64,000 nucleotides of DNA from Macrostomum hystrix. Taxonomy: Eukaryota > Animalia > Platyhelminthes. The position numbers and the translations under genes are program-made. The notes under the pieces are model-generated. The model had not been told where the DNA came from, searched no databases, and worked only from the letters and a program-made list of their open reading frames with translations. Below are positions 58,353 through 64,000 of this stretch, in pieces. The stretch spans positions 30,380,001-30,444,000 of the forward strand of contig CATNEN010000038.1 of assembly GCA_950097015.1 (NCBI GenBank), read 5' to 3'. Every line of letters starts with the position of its first letter. Position 1 is the first letter of the stretch.

Positions 58353-58738
58353 TTATGTAGACTTTTGTTTCTCCTTGGCATTCCATTTGCCAGCATGAAG
58401 CTTTTCATAGTTCCAAATGTCACGATAGAAACTAGGTCGCAAGTTTCCAGGAAAATAGCCAATTAAAAAGGCACCAATTGGCATGGCAACAAATCCAATT
58501 AGAAGCACTTTAACTAGTTGTGCCACTTGCGATATGTCAGACGTCATAAAGTACCTGCATATTTATAAAAAAATGATATTAGAAAACTTCAGACAGAATG
58601 CTTAAATTAAAAAATGTTGGTAAAGACAACTTACCTGCTGCCATTAGCAATAACATATGCCAAAGTGAAAAACAATGGAAGTGACAATGCACTCAATATT
58701 TTGTTCATCATTTTTACTGGTAAGCCAATAATACAGAG
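58353..58738 (-). CDS. Small membrane protein, last two exons (2 TM, C-terminal KxKxx)
   Basis: Exons 58738-58635 and 58554-58353 joined by an 80-nt GT-AG intron in phase 2: (LCIIGLPVK)MMNKILSALSLPLFFTLAYVIANGSRYFMTSDISQVAQLVKVLLIGFVAMPIGAFLIGYFPG...KEKQKST*. ATG at 58711, or further upstream exons. Confidence 0.65.
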
Positions 58739-61218
58739 CTGAAATATGATAGCATTATATGGGTTAGATTAAGTTCAATGGAATTATATTGTTTACAATG
58801 CAGTTCAATGTATTGATTTTTGCAAAGTTTAATTAGAACTAGATGTGAATTGTTTATGAACTTAAACTTTGCAATTAAGCTAGGCAACTTCTCTGATGCT
58901 TAGAAAAGTTACAGAGACAAGCATTTTTGGTTCAGGCAAGTGAATTTTTATAGATTTTCCTGATTATTAGGCAATCCTTAAGTCAAATCTATAAAAAATA
59001 TCAACCATTACTATTAGCAAGCCATATAATGAGACCACCAGGTATGGTATGATGTGCTGTAGACTGCTGAGCAGCCTCCAGGCAATCTGTGAGTCAGGCT
59101 GTTCTAGGTCTGTGGGTGGGCTAGGGTTGGTAGTTAGTGTTTCCCGTGCACTGTCACTTCCGCTCGCCACCCCCTCCGCTCTCTCTCTCTCTTTCCAGCT
59201 CTGTCTGCGCACTGAGTCACATTGCACACCATGGTGCAATCGCTTAAGTTCGGAAGAAGACTGGCAGAACAACGCTCAAATGCTCCTACTATAAGTAGAG
59301 CACAGTCCGACGAATCCTTGAGATGGTGTTGTTATCATGGTAGCACTATTTCTTTATATTGATGGCACTTTCTTGTCTCTAGTCTTCATGCATTTTGCAT
59401 TGTTTGCCTTTCCGTTTCGCATTGTCTCTAAGATCCTACAAAGCTATTGTTGGTCTAGGCCGCATACTGCATTTAGAAGCATAGTGTGCCGCCCGATCAA
59501 GGGTAAGATCTGTGAGAGTAGTTAGCTGTGAGAAAACTTAGCAATTCGGAGCCTGACTACCGGATTGTTCCTCTGCTAGGAAGCATCTGCGTGTGAGGCC
59601 GGTAAAATCTCCTCTCTGAATCCAGTGTCCTGTCTTGGTCATTTACCAATTGTGTGTGCCACGCTACCAAAGGTACAACAGGTATATACCATACAACTTG
59701 GCTAAATGAAGAAGAGCAAGGGAAGACTAAGTAGACAAGAAGTCTCTAGTCCATATATAAGATTACCATTTCTAGACCCATAGAGTTTTGGGCTTTGTGT
59801 CAACAGTTTTTTTTGCACTAAGCTAGTTATTACCTATAAACTATAGGCAATAAGTAGCTATATGGCTACACATTAAGTATAGGTCTATCCTATAACTTGT
59901 GTTCATTAAGCAGGGTCTAACAAGGCGGCCATAGGGCCTACTTGGCCTAGAAAGACTAGGACTGTTAGACCTAAAATTGTCTAACAATTTTATTCTCATC
60001 ACTAAGTGGCTTATGTTAAGGCCTATTTGAAAGAATTCTCTATTGGAGTAAGTAGGGTCTATGACTATGTAGACTACACCATGAGCTTAAGTAAAAAATA
60101 GCACAATTTTTTTTGTATTTTTTTTTACACAATGCTATGAAATAACAATACATAAACAACATAAACCAAAGCGACAAATACTAGCTTCTAGGCTAACACT
60201 AATACTAAAAAAGTGACAAACTGAATTAAGAAGTAATTTAGCTTAATAAAGGTCATGTATTTTTGGCCAATGCCTGCCTACTTGACAACATCTGCATGTT
60301 TTTTCTGGATTCTAGTCATTCTGTCAGTTGCAGTTTTAGCAATTTTAGGGTTGTAATCTTGTAGGGACAGACTGATTTGCTTCCTATAATTGGCTAGGTC
60401 ACTAGTATCAAGCCAACTGGGAGACAAGAAGAGTTGACTTTGTCAACTTTGTTATGATGTTCAGAATCATAACAAAGATGTTTGTCAACTCTATTACATA
60501 CTAAAATTTCTAGGCCTATATAATAAAGGGTCTAGACATCTAAAAAAATTCTATCACATTTGCTAGACTTAAAAGATTAAAATATGTAGGCTATTGATTA
60601 AATAAATAATATTTACAACTTCTAGAAGACTTATGTTAGTGGCTTTGGCAAAACAACTTCAACTCATCTGCCAAGTTTGGTCACTTCATAAACTGCCATA
60701 TTAATAATTTGGCTTAAAAAGTAGGTAGTTGTCATTTGTCCAGTTAACCAGACAAATAGCCATTTGATTATTTGTCCGATTAACCAGTTAAGGTTAACCA
60801 CCCAAGGACTTAATTTCTCCCCTTTCAACGAGCAGAGCAATGATCCTCCCAAAGACCACTCTTGCCCTGCTAAGAGCCATCTTGAGTATTGACTTCACAA
60901 AGACCCAAACTATTACCCTTGAACTAAGTTAGTCCCTGAAACAACCAAATTTCTGGAAAAGGTTTTAATTTGTTTAATTAGATGATAAGCGAAAATAATT
61001 TGACACAAACTTCAAATCTGAATTCTGACTGATTGTCCTTTTGCAGCTTGTTAATTATTTTATCTTACAGATGATAGAGGTTCTTGTGGTAGCGCTACAA
61101 CCCCTTATAACTTATTTATAAGTCATAACTCGGTTAACTGGACAAAAAATCAATTGCCTAAAATGTATCCCCAAAAATGCTATAACATTAAAAAAACACT
61201 CTATTTTAACATAACATA

Positions 61219-61644
61219 GGGTAATGTATCATCAACCAAACAAGAATGTGTATTTTTTTAACTAACTATCATGAACTATCATGAATTATATGATTTGAAA
61301 GCATTTTTCATGCTCTATAAATAACTACATTTATAGTCATTTAATTGGCAAGCAACCACATACAATCTTCGTCTAAAGTACATACTGAAAAAAATGTTGT
61401 TAAAAAGTATGCTTTTGCAATAAAAATTTCTACTGAAACATCAATATCTTTCCTTCCTCTTAAGATTATTCCTCTTATGCTTCACTGAGCATCATGCCTC
61501 AGCTTGTAGATAATTTTTTCAACTTTCAAATTAGTTGTTCTGTGAAACACAATAGCTTGTTTCTGTCTTGCACGAGACCAAGGAAGAAGTCAAAATTCTT
61601 GTTTGGTTTTAAAGATACACTGTTTGGTTGATGATACATTACCT
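61219..61644. mobile_element. Second MITE copy, inverted and internally deleted
   Basis: Same TIR gggtaatgtatcatcaacc with TA flanks; the interior is the reverse complement of 29279-29921 minus ~220 bp. Confidence 0.88.
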
Positions 61645-64000
61645 TAGGCCTATCCTAACTTCTGCTAGTTGACAAAAATAAATGTACATAAAAATAAGTT
61701 TTCATGTTAGCATTAGCGTGCCAGTGTCAACAACAAACAAAATGAAAGACTAGCATTTGTAAATTTATACATAATTAAATACAATTTATATTTTTCAATG
61801 CCAATAGGCCTAATCAATATATTTCATCCATTATAATACTAGACAATATCAGGGCTTTTGCAGTGATTTATTTTTTATATGTTGTTGAAAAAAAAATTTA
61901 GATTAAAAAAATCTAAACAATAGAGTCAGCCGAAAAAATATATAGTTGGGTACAAACTTTTTGGTGGAACAAAAGCCTAGAACAGGTCAGATTGGTCCAG
62001 TCATGTTTTTACAAGCTCAAAAACTATAAGCTCATTGCTATGCTATTGCCTTCATGCCTCTATTGAGCTGATTGTTAAGAATAGGTTTTTGGGCTTTAAT
62101 GTACATAGCCTCTAATAAACCAAGATTGCAATCATTCCTACTCGATTCTAAAGACTTAAAAATTTCGTGTGGTTCAGCATTAGCACAACAGGTTAAAGTA
62201 ATTTCGAACACAAGATTTTTAGCAAAGTTGATTTAGACAGGCCTAATGCAGATGTTAGCCAGTAGGCCTAGTGAGGTAAAAGCTGAAACAAAATGCGATC
62301 GGTATGCGGCGATTTTCACTTTTAAATTATACTTAAATTTTTTCAAATATTTTTATATTAACAAAACACATGTTTCTTTTGATTCTAGAGTTTAAATTGC
62401 TCAAGATGCAGTAGTTGTATGTGAATTTTGAATACTTAATTGATTTTTATGACAGTAACGTCATTTTAACGTTTTTACATTGTCGATGGGGGTTATCAGA
62501 TTGATAAATCGAAAACAAGTCTACAAGAACCGAAAAGTACTTATTGTGCCCACATAAATTTGTGCTAATTATATTTAAGATATTGTTATTAGCACTTTTT
62601 CAGGACTTGGTTTTCTTGGGCCCATTAATTTGTGAACCTCTTCCGGTAGCATTTATAATAGTTAATCGTAATAGTTAGGATCTAATTAAACCTCTAATCT
62701 AAGTTAGGCTTAAGTTAGGGTCTCAGTCCCTAGGCATAAAACATATAATTTATATGGTTGCAGGGCGATCGGGCATTCCGGTGCCTGTGCTTTTGAATAG
62801 GCCTACCAGGCATTTCGGTGCCCCGTCTTGCCTTTGGTACCTTTTTGATACATTTAAGCATTGAATGTAGGCCTACTTGAATGTTTTTCCATGTACAGAT
62901 AGGATGTAAATGTAAGTTTTAGCCTAATTTAATTTTATTTGTAATAAATAAAATATTGACGAGGCTAAAGACCTACCAGGTGCTAGGGGAGGCAACAATG
63001 TAAGTCAGTCAATATCTTTATATGTATCTGCGAAAGATAGGCTGCCTCTGACACAGGGTTTTTTATGCAAATAGGCCTAGGGTGTAATTTACACCCTGAA
63101 GTTTGGATTTGCACCCACTTTTTGGGCACTGGATGCAACTTGTGCATCTGCATTTTGAGATCAAGATGCATGCAAGTCATTTTTTAGCAAAAGTTACAAA
63201 CAAGATAATGTATAAATATATTCTAAATAATGAAACAATAGGCCTAGGCCTAAGATAATTAATTATTTATCCCAACAAAATTCTCAAATTTAGACCTAGA
63301 ATGCAAGTTGCATCTTGGTTTTCATATTTGCATCAATTTTTTTAGCTTGAGATGCAAGGTTGCATCCATACATGTGCAACACCCGGCTGACCTGGCCGAA
63401 TCGGCCGGGTGAAATGAGGGCCAAGCAAGGTAAGTTGCAAAAACCAACAACCAAGCACAAAAAAATCAAAGGGGGGGACCAAGGGACCAAAATGTAAGTC
63501 ATAAAGAAATGGAAAAGGGAGAGAAAAAGAGAGCAAATGAGAGTACACTAAGTTGTAAATAGAGCAAAAACTAAGTCGTACGGCCGGCTAAGATTTGGGA
63601 GGTTGCGCATGTATGGTTGCATCCACATTTTGGCAGAAAAAAACCCTGCTCTGACAGTCTAGACTGCCATCTCGCACTTTGTTAATTAATATTTGCTATG
63701 GAGCATGGTCACTCTCCCTTGCTCTTTTTCACAACACATGTTGTAAATGTAATAAAAATTTTCATTATCCTAAAAATGTTTACTTTTTTATTTGTCTTAT
63801 TTTTTAAATATTAGTATGATTAATTTGTATAGCATGTATAATTAGTAGGCCTTAACCCCTGGGTAGGCTAATTGCTAGCTAATCCCATCATTCATAAAAA
63901 TATTCTTGTTAACTAGGTACCTGCAGGCTGAAGCAGATTTTAATCAATTCTATTTATACTTTAATAACTCAAAGTTAGTGTCCTAGGGCTTCTTTATATT

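Noticed and set aside
59230-59700. Possible old LINE 3' fragment
   Set aside because: Too degraded to support any motif by eye.

Overview
Animal nuclear DNA: AT-rich introns, GC-rich exons, many 19-30 bp minisatellites. The style suggests a free-living flatworm such as Macrostomum, but that is inference only. Host genes: the 3' exons of a Tubby/TULP gene; two orphan single-exon ORFs (226 aa, and a 203-aa 2-TM protein with PPxY motifs); a three-exon 89-aa neuropeptide-like prohormone that the ORF track misses; a NAP1 nucleosome assembly gene with alternative first exons and microexons, whose intron holds an intronless kainate-type glutamate receptor on the same strand; and a small membrane protein at 58.4-58.7 kb. 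Mobile DNA: RTE-clade LINEs (one near full length, two decayed), two tRNA-derived SINE families (one with a CORE domain), MITEs, and a nest of three Ty3/Gypsy elements at 47.5-57.5 kb. One of these is intact, with LTRs identical by eye and a 5-bp TSD. Another is decayed and carries two paralogous double-RING-finger genes between integrase and the 3' LTR; that LTR has a dense AP-1/SRF/MEF2 motif cluster. All exon models and alignments were made by eye.
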